A DNA stretch of 64,000 nt from an uncultured candidatus Porisulfidus sp. (GCA_965215125.1 OZ244052.1:928001-992000); one strand, 5' to 3'. Positions 1-11,760 are shown, numbered from the stretch's first letter. The notes: generated by a model from the letters alone, not told the origin. Made by a program: numbers and translations.

Positions 1-1203
1 TTGATCTCCGACTGCTTTGTAGTACCACTGCCACGCTTCGGGATTAATCGGTTCGCCCACCGTGGCGAGGAGGCGTAGGCTACTGCGGTCGGTTTTATGT
101 ACCGGTGCATCTCCCAAACGCATCAACGCGCGTATCGCGGTCGGTGCGGTATAAAAGATATTAACACGATGTTTGTCTACGACTTGCCAAAAACGCGAAG
201 CGTCGGGATAAGTCGGGACACCCTCGAACATCAGTGTCGTGGCAGCGTTGGCAAGCGGGCCATAAACAATATAGGAGTGACCGGTAATCCAGCCGATATC
301 CGCGGTGCACCAATAGATTTCTCCGTCGTGGTAATCAAAGCTGTATTTATGGGTTATTGCGGCATATAGCAAGTAGCCACCCATAGTATGCAAAACCCCT
401 TTGGGTTTCCCGGTAGAACCCGAAGTATAAAGTATGAATAAAGGATCCTCGGCATCCATCGCCTCGGCGGGACAATCGGTATCTACCTCGGCACAGAGTT
501 CGTGAAACCAAGCGTCGCGATTGTTAATAAAAGGTATTTCCTCGCCGACATGCTTAACAACAATTACACGGCGAACATTCGGGCATTGCGTCAAGGCTTC
601 GTCCACATTGGCTTTTAAGGGAATCGGCTTGCCACCGCGTACACCTTGATCGGCAGTAATAACGACGCGACAATCCGAATCTAGGATACGACTGCGCAAC
701 GATTCCGACGAGAAACCGCCGAATACCACCGAATGCACGGCACCGATACGAGCACACGCCAGCATCGCAACAACGGCTTCTACGATCATCGGCATATATA
801 TGCAAACCCGATCACCTTTGCGTACACCGTCGGCTTTTAATGCGTTAGCAAAGCGGCATACAAGGTGGTGCAATTCATGATAACTGAAAGTTTTAGAGAC
901 ATTTGGATCGTCGCTTTCCCAAATGATTGCAGTGCGGTCGCCGTGTTTATCCAAATGACGGTCTAGACAGTTATAGCAAACATTCAACTGGGCATCGCCA
1001 AACCAGCGTATCAGTCCTTTATGGTAGTCCCACTCGAGTACCCGGGACCAAGGACGCGACCAGCTAATAAATCGATGCGCTTGATCACCCCAGAATTTTT
1101 CGGGGTTGTTAATGGATTCACTATAAAGATGCCGATAAGCCTCTGAATCAATAAGTGTGTTTTCCGCAATCGTTTCGGGTACTGGGTATAAAGAAGGGGG
1201 CAT
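1..1203 (-). CDS. acs: Acetyl-CoA synthetase (5' part; runs off the window edge)
   Basis: Manual translation from ATG at 1203: MPPSLYPVP...[11 protein letters not shown]...[18 protein letters not shown]...[14 protein letters not shown]...[10 protein letters not shown]; not in the ORF track because it has no stop inside the window. Confidence 0.95.
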   Translation of the reverse strand, partial: MPPSLYPVPETIAENTLIDSEAYRHLYSESINNPEKFWGDQAHRFISWSRPWSRVLEWDYHKGLIRWFGDAQLNVCYNCLDRHLDKHGDRTAIIWESDDPNVSKTFSYHELHHLVCRFANALKADGVRKGDRVCIYMPMIVEAVVAMLACARIGAVHSVVFGGFSSESLRSRILDSDCRVVITADQGVRGGKPIPLKANVDEALTQCPNVRRVIVVKHVGEEIPFINNRDAWFHELCAEVDTDCPAEAMDAEDPLFILYTSGSTGKPKGVLHTMGGYLLYAAITHKYSFDYHDGEIYWCTADIGWITGHSYIVYGPLANAATTLMFEGVPTYPDASRFWQVVDKHRVNIFYTAPTAIRALMRLGDAPVHKTDRSSLRLLATVGEPINPEAWQWYYKAVGDQ

Positions 1204-1229
1204 TTTAACTACGCTTAGTTATCAAAGAG

Positions 1230-1267
1230 AATGCCTGCCGATAGTGAATCATCTATCGGCAGGCATT
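1230..1267. terminator. 15-bp perfect stem hairpin between the aldehyde dehydrogenase gene and acs
   Basis: AATGCCTGCCGATAG-N8-CTATCGGCAGGCATT directly downstream of the ALDH stop codon. Confidence 0.6.
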
Positions 1268-1283
1268 AAGGCACTTACTATGC

Positions 1284-2795
1284 TTAAGAGATATTAACCG
1301 TGACAGCTTTGAGTTCGGTATAGTTTTCCAATACTGCTTCACCCATTTCACGCCCCCAGCCGGATTGCTTATAACCGCCGAAAGGTAGTGCGGCATCAAA
1401 AACGTTATAGCAATTAATCCACACCGTACCTGCTCTCAAACGAGCTGCCAGACGATGTGCTCTGCCAAGGTCTCTGGTCCATATACCAGCTGCCAATCCG
1501 TAGATTGTGTCGTTGGCATTGTTGATTATGTCGTCGTCAAGTTGCTTGAACGGCATCATAGTGACTACCGGGCCGAAAATTTCTTCCTGATTAACTTGCA
1601 TATCTTGCTTGGTGTTAATCAGTACTGTCGGTTCAACAAAATAACCTGAACCGTCTTTTTTCTTTCCACCGACCACTGCTTCGGCACCGTCGCTTAGCCC
1701 CGAATCCAAATAACCCGAGACTCGCTCATGTTGAATTTTGGATACCATAGGCCCCATCTCGGTGTTTGGATCCAATCCCGGACCCAATTTGATCTTAGAT
1801 GCCATATCGGAAACGCCTTCAACAATCTTGTCAAAGACTTTAGTGTCGGCATATATACGCGAACCGGCACAACAGCATTGCCCATGGTTAAAGAAAATAG
1901 CATTGGCCGTGCCTTGAATAGCGACATCCATATCGGCATCGTCCAGTACGATGTTCGGAGATTTCCCTCCGAGTTCAAGCGAAACTTTTTTCAGGTCGTT
2001 TGCCGCAGCTTGTACGATCAACTTACCGACTTCGGTTGAACCGGTGAAAGCAACTTTATCTACACCCGGATGAGAAGCAAGTGATGCACCTGCGGTTTCT
2101 CCATAACCGGTGATGATATTAACCACGCCGTCCGGAACCCCTGCCTCTTGTATAATTTCTCCGAGCCTAAGTCCCGATAGCGGCGTTTCTTCCGCTAATT
2201 TAAGGACAATAGTGCAACCCGTTGCCAGTGCCGGAGCTAATTTCCAAGCTGCCATCAGTAGCGGAAAATTCCATGGAATTATTTGTCCTACTACACCGAT
2301 AGGTTCTCTCAGTGTGTATGAGTGATATTGTGCACCGGGAGTGTAAGGCACCGATAGAGAAAGTGTATCTCCGTGCATTTTCGTTGCCCACCCCGACATA
2401 TAATGGAATATGTCGGCTGCCAACGGCACATCGGCTACTCGCGCCACAGTGACGGGCTTACCGTTATCTAGCGATTCTATCTCGGCAAGTTCATCCAGAT
2501 TATCTAAAATCAAATCACCAATTTTGGCTATCATTCTGCTGCGCTCGGAAGGCGACATCGCCGGCCAACGCCCGCCTTCAAATGCCCTTCGCGCAGCTTT
2601 AACCGCCAAGTCAACATCTGCTTTATCGCCTTCTGCAACATGTGCAACAACCTCTTCGGTTGCCGGATTAACAACTTCCAATGTCTTACCGGATACCGAC
2701 GATACCCATTTACCGTCAATGAGCATTTTTCTTTGCTCTTGTATGAATTGTTGAACCGATGTATCCAGTTCAAACTTTTCAGCAGCTACATTCAT
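1284..2795 (-). CDS. NAD-dependent aldehyde dehydrogenase
   Basis: IIPWNFP, FTGSTEVG, LELGGKSP, catalytic GQCCCAG, EEIFGPV, PFGGYKQSG motifs. Confidence 0.95.
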   Translation of the reverse strand: MNVAAEKFELDTSVQQFIQEQRKMLIDGKWVSSVSGKTLEVVNPATEEVVAHVAEGDKADVDLAVKAARRAFEGGRWPAMSPSERSRMIAKIGDLILDNLDELAEIESLDNGKPVTVARVADVPLAADIFHYMSGWATKMHGDTLSLSVPYTPGAQYHSYTLREPIGVVGQIIPWNFPLLMAAWKLAPALATGCTIVLKLAEETPLSGLRLGEIIQEAGVPDGVVNIITGYGETAGASLASHPGVDKVAFTGSTEVGKLIVQAAANDLKKVSLELGGKSPNIVLDDADMDVAIQGTANAIFFNHGQCCCAGSRIYADTKVFDKIVEGVSDMASKIKLGPGLDPNTEMGPMVSKIQHERVSGYLDSGLSDGAEAVVGGKKKDGSGYFVEPTVLINTKQDMQVNQEEIFGPVVTMMPFKQLDDDIINNANDTIYGLAAGIWTRDLGRAHRLAARLRAGTVWINCYNVFDAALPFGGYKQSGWGREMGEAVLENYTELKAVTVNIS

Positions 2796-3225
2796 AATGT
2801 ATACCTCCTATAAATATGGATTATAAAAGGTTAGATTATAGCAAAATTACGAAATTAGTGACTTGTTGTTGCTTCATTTTACTTAAATTTTATTTAACAA
2901 TAGTTAATAAAAATTTTGTCTTTTTCTTGCCGGATTGGCTTTATATAGTTGGAAGTATGGGACTGTTGAAAAAGTACCCACGAACTGTAGGACGGTACAT
3001 TCCCCTCCTTCGGAGGGGTGGCAGGCGCAATAGAACCGCCGATTGAGCCAGTAGGTCAATCGGCAATTATGATGTCCGCCCGTAACGTATCATGTTTGCA
3101 CGATTAACGCGTTCACCCATTAATATTATGGAAACCATTATTTGTTGGCGCAAGCGGTTGGTGTCGTGTAGAACGGTACTTAAGGGCAGACACACAGGTC
3201 TGCCCCTGATATGGATGACCAGCTT

Positions 3226-3710
3226 GTCAAGATTAAATTTTTACCGAAGTCTACATTCCCAAGAGTCACCAGAACTCAAGGGTTAAATGACGGCACAGAT
3301 GATGCCAACAGGGAGCGAGCGATAGCAATGCGCCACCCCTCTTAAAGCATGCATCAGGTATGTGTATGCGCCACTTGTCGTGGCGGCTTTCGTGCACCTG
3401 CTTTATCTCCTTGTTAACGGCATCATGCTGTACCGAAGAGAGACAGAGCGAAGCACCGCTAAAGTACTCAACTAATGAGTCGTTCGGTATTATCAACCTC
3501 ATATTCGTGTACTTTGCTTTCGCATTACCACATGATAAGTCAATTGGATGAACTGTGCCCCTTAATCTACGGTCAGTTGCCTTGCCACGCATCATGCCTG
3601 GCAGTTTTCTATGGGCAGATACTCTAGGACGGCATCTAAGTTCGGAACTTGTCATTGACTTTAGCTTCAACTCTCTCGGTCTCTCAGAACTCTATCTGGC
3701 AGCCTCTTGC
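3226..3710 (-). ncRNA. Candidate seekRNA/bridge-type RNA region of the IS1111-like element
   Basis: About 480-nt region 3' of tnp with several complementary segments (e.g. AAGTCAAT 3537-3544 / ATTGACTT 3654-3661) and short matches to the target flanks; exact boundaries unknown. Confidence 0.55.
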
Positions 3711-3980
3711 TTAACGAGCTTGCTCAACCACCGTTGCCGCGTGCAATGCGTTTTCAGCGGCCTGGGCAGCACGCAAGGCTTCCCACACAAAACCGAGTAG
3801 CTCTCTGGCACACGCCACCTTAATCTTGTTGAATGGTTTGTTGGCATGATACATCGTCTGATACTTCTTATACAAACGCTTCATGCAACGGTCGCCTATC
3901 TCTATAGCCACTAGGTCTTGGTCGGCGCGTCGGACACGCAATGCCTTATTCACGCTATAGCGTCTACCCGCCAACTGGCA

Positions 3981-5789
3981 CCCTAATTCCGCAATAGACC
4001 ACCTGCAAAAGTCCGTAATCTCTTATGTTGCAACACTCTCATGCATATTCCCAATTCACCCATTAGGTGAAACATAATTATTACTAATTTTTTACATAAA
4101 ACTCTGTACAACGCCTTATTTTTTTGTTACTATTTACCAATTAATAACTTCGGAGGTATTATGTCAAAACAAAAAAATCAGCACAATCAATCATCGTATA
4201 CGCTAGCTACCACCCACCAGAAATTGACCTCTCGTTGTGGTTTGTTGGCATTGATTAAAGTGCTCAAAGCACTACAACTTAAGCCACAAGCAGACACTGT
4301 GTTTGCGGCACCGGGTAGCAATCGTGGCTACCGCAATGGCGACATTCTAACGAGCTTCATCTTGATGCTCAACGAGGGTGCGAGATGCCTTGAGGATGTC
4401 TGCCATTTACACACCGAAAGGGTGTTGCTTAAGCTGGGAGGTATTAACAAGATACCGGGAGCAGACACTTTGGCGAGGTGGTTGAAACGCCATGGTCAAG
4501 CCGGTGCCGGTTTAGTTCACCAGCTCAATCGCACGGTGATTGCCAAGACCCTGAAGTTGTGGAAAGTAAAGCATGTGACTTTGGATATTGATGCGACTAC
4601 TATTTTGACCGAGAAAGTCGGTGCTAAATGGACGCGTTTTAAGGAGCGTGGTTTCATGCTAATGGTCGGCACGCTAGCTGAAGTGGGTCAAGTCATCGCC
4701 GTTGAGTTGCGCCACGGCAATGTCTCCCCGAACTTTGATAATATCGGTTTCATCAAGACCTGCCAAGCACAGTTGCCGAGTGGCGTAATACTCAAGCGGG
4801 TGCGTATCGACTCGGCAGGGTATCAACAAGCAATCATTGAATATCTAGTAGCTCAAGGAATAGAGTTTGTTATTCGTGCGCCGATGTACCCGTCAATAGC
4901 GCAAGCGATTGCTGGTCTGTCGGAAGCAGACTGGCGACCATTGCGATTAAGCGACGGCAGTTTATCACCCCACGACTATGTGGCTCGCTGCACTTATCAG
5001 ATGTATCGCAGCAACCTCGTATTTACGCTAGTCATTCAACGCCGCCTCAAGAGCGAAGCCGCCCGACAGTCTAACCAACCGGAGTTGTCGGGACTGTCTG
5101 AACAGCTGCGCTATCAACCCGACAAGTATGACTATCGTGTGATTGCGACTAACATCAACGGGCTAGACGATGCACAGATTGTACATGAGTATAATCAACG
5201 CGGTGAGCATTCCGAAAACCGCATTAAAGAACTCAAATCGGATTTTGTTGCCGGTCGTTTGCCGTGTAGTGATTTTGCTGCCAATGCTCTGTATGTTTGT
5301 GTGTGTGCTTTAGCCTACAATGTGTTCGCACTGATGCGTGCCGGCTTAGCTAAACAGTTTCGTTCCTCTAGAGCCCCGACGCTCAGGGTCCGCCTGTTTG
5401 GTTTAGCGGCGAAGATTGTACGACAGGGTCGGCAATGGAAGCTCAAACTACACGAAGTGCATCGTAGTTTATTGAGTGGAGTTTTCTCAGACCTTGATGA
5501 GACTATCGGCAAGCTATTGCCGGATATGCGATACCCCTTGCTACATTAACTAGCCACCTTATCTCTTCATTACTCATAAGGCATCAATCAAAGTAGATGC
5601 CATGCCCCAGCATACCCTAATACTAGAGATTAGAGTACTTTGATGCTTCATTTAGCTCTCAATAGGAGTTTATCTCCCGTCACCGAGCAATGATGTGGCA
5701 TTCAGTTTCGGGTTCAGGCGATTGCCCTGATAATTTAGCAGTAAATTATCCATCACATGCAATTTTCATGCTCTATTGAGAAATTAGGG
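3981..5789 (+). mobile_element. IS1380-family insertion sequence
   Basis: TIRs CCCTAATTCCGCAATAG / CTATTGAGAAATTAGGG; 5-bp TSD TGGCA (3976-3980, 5790-5794). Confidence 0.9.
4161..5549 (+). CDS. IS1380-family DDE transposase
   Basis: TLDIDAT, RIDSAGY, YNQRGEHSENRIKELK, F.ANA motifs; lies inside the TIRs. Confidence 0.9.
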   Translation: MSKQKNQHNQSSYTLATTHQKLTSRCGLLALIKVLKALQLKPQADTVFAAPGSNRGYRNGDILTSFILMLNEGARCLEDVCHLHTERVLLKLGGINKIPGADTLARWLKRHGQAGAGLVHQLNRTVIAKTLKLWKVKHVTLDIDATTILTEKVGAKWTRFKERGFMLMVGTLAEVGQVIAVELRHGNVSPNFDNIGFIKTCQAQLPSGVILKRVRIDSAGYQQAIIEYLVAQGIEFVIRAPMYPSIAQAIAGLSEADWRPLRLSDGSLSPHDYVARCTYQMYRSNLVFTLVIQRRLKSEAARQSNQPELSGLSEQLRYQPDKYDYRVIATNINGLDDAQIVHEYNQRGEHSENRIKELKSDFVAGRLPCSDFAANALYVCVCALAYNVFALMRAGLAKQFRSSRAPTLRVRLFGLAAKIVRQGRQWKLKLHEVHRSLLSGVFSDLDETIGKLLPDMRYPLLH

Positions 5790-6886
5790 TGGCAGGCTTC
5801 CACGCACGCCGTGCGGATGTATTTGTTGCCCATCCCGGTAATACCCCCTTTGCGACTCTTGCCACCGGAACTATACTCACTGATACTCAAGCCGGCATAA
5901 CCGGCCAGATGACGCGCCTTGACAAACCGACCGATGTCGCCAATCTCAACAATCAGCGTCATCGCAATCAACTCGGCAATGCCTCTGATACAACATAAAT
6001 AGCCGACCGCCCGACGATACGGCTCGGATATCGCTAACTGATGTATATCGTTCTCATAGCGTCTGATAACCCCTTGTTGCGTCTCCAATAGATACAGCTT
6101 GTTCTCTAAATCGAGGCGGAAATACTTATCTAAACTGTCGTCGACTAGCAACCGCTTTAAGAATGCCATGTGTTGCTTCGTCCAATAGCTCTTAGCCTGC
6201 ATACTGGTGCGATAACTAATCCCGCGATAACGGCACGACGACAAAATCTGCAGTTTATAGATCTTGCAGGTGTTGACCACTTGTTGGCGTCCACGAATGA
6301 GTTGTCGGTGACCTTCGCTCTCAGTATCAATATCGTGGACGATTTTCAACATACCTTGTCGGTAGTATTCAGCCAGCTTAACGCTATCTAAATGATCAGT
6401 CTTGATGCGATCCGAGGGGCGCACCGGGATCAGCGACGGCGCAATCACATCGCAGTGAATGCCCAGCGCATCAAATTGTCGCTTTAACGAAAAGCCTAAA
6501 TAGCTTGCTTCATAACAGACCCTAATCTGTTCATACGGCAAAGCGATTTTGGTGATTGCCTTATGCAATGATGCAAAGTCCGGGCGAGTTTTAATGGAAT
6601 GATAATTATTGTGTTTAGAAATGGCTGTGGCAGTGAAACGATTATCATCAACATCAATGCCAACATACAGTATACTAGTCATGGATGACCTCCTTTGTTT
6701 AGTGGTTAATTAAACCCCTCTTAAGAGGGGAACTAAAATGAAAGTTTAACCAACTTTCAGCAAAGCTGGTCATCCATACTATCTACGGCTTGGTGGTTAT
6801 TATAAATTCACGGCGCAAGCGGTTACGGTTGCACGCTGATGATACTTTTTCAACAGCCCCGTCGTGTCTGTACGAAGTACAGTCGT

Positions 6887-7780
6887 CTATCGGGGTATGC
6901 GTTGAGATTTGATTTGTGCTTTGAGTATTTCTTTTTGAGTTTGCTGGCTTTGTCGGTCTTTGAGTTCTTGTTGTAGCAATCGAGTATTGTGTATTTCATA
7001 GCGGGATTGTGCTTGTGCGGCATGCCGGCGTTGTTTGGATAGCTTGCAGTATTGATGCTTGGCGTTGCGGTATATTTGAGTGAGCGGGATGTGGCTCGGG
7101 CAGACGGCATCGCACGAACCGCACAATATACAGTCGGCTAAGCCTTCGCTAATCGCCGCATCCGTGTCGCAGGCTTGTATGAGTTGATAAAGGCTGTGGG
7201 CAGGCAAATCCACCGGGCATATATCGTTGCAGCGATCGCAGTGGATGCAAGCTGTTTCTACTTTGGTAGGCTGATCGGTGATCTTGTCGGGCTTGGCTGC
7301 TATCATTTCTATGCAGTCCATCGGACACGGGGCTACGCATAGCTCGCAACCGGTGCAGTATTGTTCTATAACACTGTGCATGTATTCGTGCGTGCCGACG
7401 ATAGCATCAACCGGACATGCTTTGATGCATAAGGTGCAACCGATGCAATCGGCTTCTCTAATGCGGGCGACGAGCGCAGTTGCCTCTGCGACAGGTTGCC
7501 TGTTCGGAGCTTCGCGCCCTAATAATCGGCTCAATGCGACGATGGCGGTTTGTCCGCCCGGCGGACATTGATCTATGGGCGCATTGTTTTCCACGATGGC
7601 TTGTGCATAAGGTCTACAGCCCGGATAGCCGCATTGCGCACATTGTGTTTGCGGCAACAAGGCATTGACCTGAGAGACTAGGCTGTCGTCGGTGGGGGCA
7701 AGGTAGGCAGCCAAGCGTTCTACCGCATATCCTATCAACAGTGCGGTGGCACCGAAGATCAGTATCGCCATCGTCATCAA
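6887..7780 (-). CDS. rnfB: RnfB/RsxB-like Fe-S protein fused to an RnfC-like C-terminal 2x[4Fe-4S] domain
   Basis: [35 protein letters not shown], then [12 protein letters not shown] and [21 protein letters not shown] as in the RnfC C-terminus. Confidence 0.85.
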   Translation of the reverse strand: MMTMAILIFGATALLIGYAVERLAAYLAPTDDSLVSQVNALLPQTQCAQCGYPGCRPYAQAIVENNAPIDQCPPGGQTAIVALSRLLGREAPNRQPVAEATALVARIREADCIGCTLCIKACPVDAIVGTHEYMHSVIEQYCTGCELCVAPCPMDCIEMIAAKPDKITDQPTKVETACIHCDRCNDICPVDLPAHSLYQLIQACDTDAAISEGLADCILCGSCDAVCPSHIPLTQIYRNAKHQYCKLSKQRRHAAQAQSRYEIHNTRLLQQELKDRQSQQTQKEILKAQIKSQRIPR

Positions 7781-8358
7781 CCGCTATCTAATCCGCTAAA
7801 GCCCATAAATGCTATAGACATAATGCCGGCAGTAATCATTGCAATGCCGGCACCTTTGAAGGGAGTCGGCACATCGGCGTGTTCCAGCTTTTCTCTAAGG
7901 CTCGCAAAAATAATTAACACGACGGCAAAGCCTATCGCTGCGCCGAAACCCATAAACAATGCTTCCATAAAACTTTCGGCATTGCGGCTGTTGAGCAAAG
8001 TAACCGCAAGCACCGAACAATTCGTGGTAATCAAAGGCAAATAGATGCCGAGCATGTTATGTATCAGCGGGTTCATTCTGTGTATCGTCATTTCGGTTAA
8101 TTGAACCACAACCGCGATCAGTAATATGAACACCAAAGCGTTCAGATATTCCAGCTTGTACGGCATCAGTAAATAATGTTGCACTAGATAACTGAGCACC
8201 GATGCCAGCGTCAGTACGAATAAGGTGGCAAGCGACATGCCGATTGCGCTGTCGATGCGGCGCGAGGTGCCTAGCAACGGGCATAGCCCCAAAAACTTGG
8301 CAAGTATGAAGTTGTTGATGAGCGCGACATTGATGACGATTAATATGTAGTCTTGCAT
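7777..8358 (-). CDS. rnfA: Rnf/Rsx complex membrane subunit A
   Basis: [31 protein letters not shown]. Confidence 0.93.
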   Translation of the reverse strand: MQDYILIVINVALINNFILAKFLGLCPLLGTSRRIDSAIGMSLATLFVLTLASVLSYLVQHYLLMPYKLEYLNALVFILLIAVVVQLTEMTIHRMNPLIHNMLGIYLPLITTNCSVLAVTLLNSRNAESFMEALFMGFGAAIGFAVVLIIFASLREKLEHADVPTPFKGAGIAMITAGIMSIAFMGFSGLDSG

Positions 8359-8371
8359 GGCGGACGAAGCT

Positions 8372-10408
8372 CTAGCTGATTTTCAACCCGGCTCCCGCAC
8401 CTTGGTCGGGTGCCAATAAAAATAGATTGGTGCCGTCTCCCGCTGCCAAAACCATACCGTGCGAGGTGCCAAAGCGCATCTTTTTAGGCTCTAGATTGGC
8501 GACGACGACGACGTGTTTCCCGACTAAATCGGCACTGCGATAAGCACTTTTGATCCCTGCCAAGATCTTGCGAGGTTCTTTTTCCCCTAAATCCACCGAG
8601 AGTTCCAATAGCTTATCGGCACCGTCCACCGCTTCGGCAGCAACGATGCGCGCAACGCGCAAGTCCAGTTTCTGAAAGTCGGCAAGCGTAATAGTCTCGG
8701 CAGCGGATGACGATGCGGTTGTCGTTTTGTCGGTGGATGTCTTTTTCGCCTGTTGGCTTGCCGCCTCGTCTGCAATCATTGCCTCTACCGTCTTCGGATC
8801 GATACGGGTCATCAGAGGCTTGAACCGACCTATGGTGTGATGGCCTTTTGCTTCAAAGGGTGCGTCGTCCCAATGTACCACCGAGATATTGAGGAACTTC
8901 TCGGCTTGTTCGGTCATCACCGGCAAGACCGGTTTGAGGTATAGACATAAACGGCTAAATAGCAGTAACCCTAAGCTACATATCTCGTGCAGTTCGGTTG
9001 AGGCACCTTGTTCCTTTGCTATTGCCCATGGTTTGTGCCGGTCAATTAGGCGATTGGCTTCGTCGGCAAGCGACATAATCAAACGCATCGCAGCGGCGTA
9101 TTCCACCTTTTCATAGTTTCGGCAAATCTCCGCTTCCGCTTCCCTAAATTTCTTATAGCATGGATGTTTGAGTAGCTGTTCGGAACAGATTATTCGGTTG
9201 TCAAAGTATTTCGCTATAAAACTTGCGCAGCGCCCGGCGATGTTGATAACTTTGCCGACTAGGTCGCTATTCACGCGCAGAACGAAATCTTTCATATTGA
9301 GGTCTATATCGTCTATGCCTGAACCTAGTTTGGCGGCGAAGTAATAACGCAGATATTCGGGGTTCAGATGCTTTGCGTAAGTCTCGGCTTTGATAAAAGT
9401 GCCGCGCGATTTAGACATTTTTGCGCCGTCTACCGTCAGAAAGCCATGACTATAGATTCGGGTCGGCAGTCTCAGATTTGCACTGTCGAGCAGTGCCGGC
9501 CAAAACAGAGTGTGAAAATAGGCGATGTCCTTGCCTATGAAATGATGCAGTTCGGTATTGCTGTCGGCATCCCAGAAACGTTTGTAATCGAGCCCCTTGC
9601 GATCGCAATAATTCTTGAAGCTCGCGATATAACCTATCGGCGCGTCCAGCCACACATAGAAATATTTGTTCGGATGGTCGGGTATTTCAAACCCGAAGTA
9701 CGGCGCATCGCGCGAAATGTCCCAATCTTGTAACCCTGCCGAAAACCATTCGTCCAGTTTGTTTTTGATTTCCTGTTGGACGCGATCGGACGACAGCCAT
9801 GACTTTAGGTGCTCCTTGAGCATGCCGAGTTTGAAGAAATAATGCTCCGACTCGCGTAGCACCGGCTTGTCGCCGGAGATTACCGAGCGCGGGTTGATCA
9901 ACTCCGAAGCATTGTAAGTGGAACCGCAAACCTCACAACAATCTCCGTACTGGTCTTTTGCACCGCACCGCGGACACTCGCCGCGGATATAACGGTCGGG
10001 CAGAAACATCTTTGCGCTTTGGTCGTAGGCTTGGCGAATGGTACGCTTTGCTATATAACCCTTCTCTTTAGCACATTGATAAATATGGTTGCTGATGGAT
10101 TGGTTTTCTTTTGAATGTGTGGAATGGTAATTATCAAACCGAATATGAAAAGTGCTGAAATCCCTGATATGCGCTTTGCGCATTTCGGCAATCAACTGCT
10201 CGGGCTCTATACCGTCATCTTGCGCCTTGAGCATGACCGGCGTACCGTGTGCATCGTCGGCACATATATAGTAGCAACTGTTCCCGACCAACCGCTGAAA
10301 ACGCGCCCAAATATCGGTTTGTATGTATTCCACCAGATGACCGATATGGATCGGCCCGTTTGCGTACGGCAAAGCACTGGTTACAAGGATTTCTCTTCTG
10401 TCGGTCAT
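8372..10408 (-). CDS. metG: Methionine--tRNA ligase with C-terminal tRNA-binding domain
   Basis: [18 protein letters not shown], zinc knuckle, [16 protein letters not shown]. Confidence 0.98.
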   Translation of the reverse strand: MTDRREILVTSALPYANGPIHIGHLVEYIQTDIWARFQRLVGNSCYYICADDAHGTPVMLKAQDDGIEPEQLIAEMRKAHIRDFSTFHIRFDNYHSTHSKENQSISNHIYQCAKEKGYIAKRTIRQAYDQSAKMFLPDRYIRGECPRCGAKDQYGDCCEVCGSTYNASELINPRSVISGDKPVLRESEHYFFKLGMLKEHLKSWLSSDRVQQEIKNKLDEWFSAGLQDWDISRDAPYFGFEIPDHPNKYFYVWLDAPIGYIASFKNYCDRKGLDYKRFWDADSNTELHHFIGKDIAYFHTLFWPALLDSANLRLPTRIYSHGFLTVDGAKMSKSRGTFIKAETYAKHLNPEYLRYYFAAKLGSGIDDIDLNMKDFVLRVNSDLVGKVINIAGRCASFIAKYFDNRIICSEQLLKHPCYKKFREAEAEICRNYEKVEYAAAMRLIMSLADEANRLIDRHKPWAIAKEQGASTELHEICSLGLLLFSRLCLYLKPVLPVMTEQAEKFLNISVVHWDDAPFEAKGHHTIGRFKPLMTRIDPKTVEAMIADEAASQQAKKTSTDKTTTASSSAAETITLADFQKLDLRVARIVAAEAVDGADKLLELSVDLGEKEPRKILAGIKSAYRSADLVGKHVVVVANLEPKKMRFGTSHGMVLAAGDGTNLFLLAPDQGAGAGLKIS

Positions 10409-10579
10409 AAGGTATTGCTATTATACATACTGCTAATTAAATGGAGGAACATGTTAATCGTGTCGTGTAAGCACCACATGTATTACACAATGCAAAGCCT
10501 CTCCTCGGGGTAGTTGCGAACGCACGCACGGCATGCACCTCTAAATTCTGTAATAGAGCATGTTATCATCAGCAAAGCC

Positions 10580-11314
10580 ATGACAAAATCAATAGACATA
10601 GTGGACAACACCGCCCTAACGAATGTTTACTCAAATGAGCGCAATATAAAATCGCCTAACTTGATATTACCAAAAAGTTTAGTTCTCAATAAACGCCTTA
10701 AAATGGACGGGCTAAAGTTCCTATCAAAGATACCGGACCGAACAATACCTGTGGCATTTTTTGACCCGCAGTATCGTGGAGTATTGGATAAATTAAGTTA
10801 TGGTAATGAAGGAGAACAACGAGGGAAAGCAAGAGCAAGTTTGCCACAAATGACAGAAGAGATAATAAAAAATTTTATACAAGGCATAGATAAGACTTTG
10901 ATTCCCAGCGGGCATTTATTTTTATGGATGGATAAGTTTCATCTCTGCACCGGTTTTTTGGATTGGTTAGACGGCACTACCCTAGAAGTTGTGGATATGC
11001 TAACTTGGGATAAAGGCAAAATCGGAATGGGTTATAGAACGAGACGAAGAAGCGAGCATTTAATCATACTACAGAAGGCACCGCGCAAAGCGAAAGGTGT
11101 TTGGAAGTTACACAATATACCCGATGTGTGGTTAGAGGAAGTAAATAGGAATGGATTTACACATAAAAAGCCCGTAGAATTGCAAAAAGAACTCATTGCA
11201 TCTGTTTCTAATTCAGGAGATATTGTTATAGACCCTGCTAGTGGCAGTTTTTCGGTTATGGAGTCTTGTAAACTGTGCGGGCGCAATTTTTTAGGCTGTG
11301 ACATAAACGGCTAA
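10580..11314 (+). CDS. Site-specific DNA N6-A/N4-C methyltransferase (beta class)
   Basis: Motif IV variant DPQY, THKKP, motif I VIDPASGS, FLGCD; ATG at 10580 preferred over TTG at 10514. Confidence 0.8.
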   Translation: MTKSIDIVDNTALTNVYSNERNIKSPNLILPKSLVLNKRLKMDGLKFLSKIPDRTIPVAFFDPQYRGVLDKLSYGNEGEQRGKARASLPQMTEEIIKNFIQGIDKTLIPSGHLFLWMDKFHLCTGFLDWLDGTTLEVVDMLTWDKGKIGMGYRTRRRSEHLIILQKAPRKAKGVWKLHNIPDVWLEEVNRNGFTHKKPVELQKELIASVSNSGDIVIDPASGSFSVMESCKLCGRNFLGCDING

Positions 11315-11326
11315 TATGGCGAGCGT

Positions 11327-11652
11327 TGGGAGCCTGTTAACTATTTTGTGTAACTTCGTTTTCCTCAATATCAAATCTACCTTCGTATTCAATAGCTAAT
11401 CGGTTCATCGCCGGTATCCAATTTCGTATCGGCAGCGTCCAGCGAGCAGAGGCTTTTTTGATTGCCAAATAAACTACTTTCAATGCCGATTGGTCGCTCG
11501 GGAATATCTTCCGATTGCGGATGGATTTTCTAATCACGCTATTGAGACTTTCTATCGCATTCGTCGTATAGATAATTTTTCTAATCTCCGACGGGTAATC
11601 AAATAAAGTAATCAGGTTGTGCCACGACCGTTCTATACTCGGATATTCCTTC
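11327..11652 (-). pseudogene. IS256-family transposase 3' remnant with right end
   Basis: YP.I..SW..L.TLFDYP.EIRKIIYTTNAIESLNSVIRK..IFP; only the C-terminus is present; homology stops at an IS3-end-like sequence TGACATTCCCCCATTTT (11653). Confidence 0.85.
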
Positions 11653-11760
11653 TGACATTCCCCCATTTTTAGATGCACATCTTAAGAAAGCCTTCACACT
11701 ATTGCACTCGCAAACACACCGGGCTTGATACGCTAAACTGTCATAGCATCATACGGAAAT

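Larger units (their letters stand above)
3711..6682 (-). pseudogene. IS110 transposase split by IS1380 (N-part 5790-6682, C-part 3711-3975)
   Basis: YVGIDVD, CYEAS, KTDHLDS, YSSG motifs; removing IS1380 and one TSD copy restores one frame ...RTACVEAC|QLAGRRY...CARELLGFVW (385 aa). Confidence 0.9.
3208..6784 (-). mobile_element. IS110-family element, IS1111-like architecture, inserted in a REP palindrome
   Basis: 16-bp perfect subterminal IR TATGGATGACCAGCTT (3210-3225 / 6763-6778), CT dinucleotide at both junctions (3206-3207, 6783-6784), DEDD transposase, long non-coding region downstream of tnp. Confidence 0.85.
2959..6860. mobile_element. MITE/REP mosaic with GGGGCTGTTGAAAAAGTA-type termini, split by an IS110 insertion (halves 2959-3207 and 6785-6860)
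   Basis: Joined halves are colinear with the uninterrupted copy at 46727-47055, including ...ctgccc(c/t)acggcttggtggttattataaattc...tactttttcaacagcccc. Confidence 0.85.

Noticed and set aside
3266-3800. ORFs 3266-3670, 3360-3551 and 3555-3800 as proteins
   Set aside because: They lie in the structured non-coding end of the IS110 element and have no recognisable motifs.
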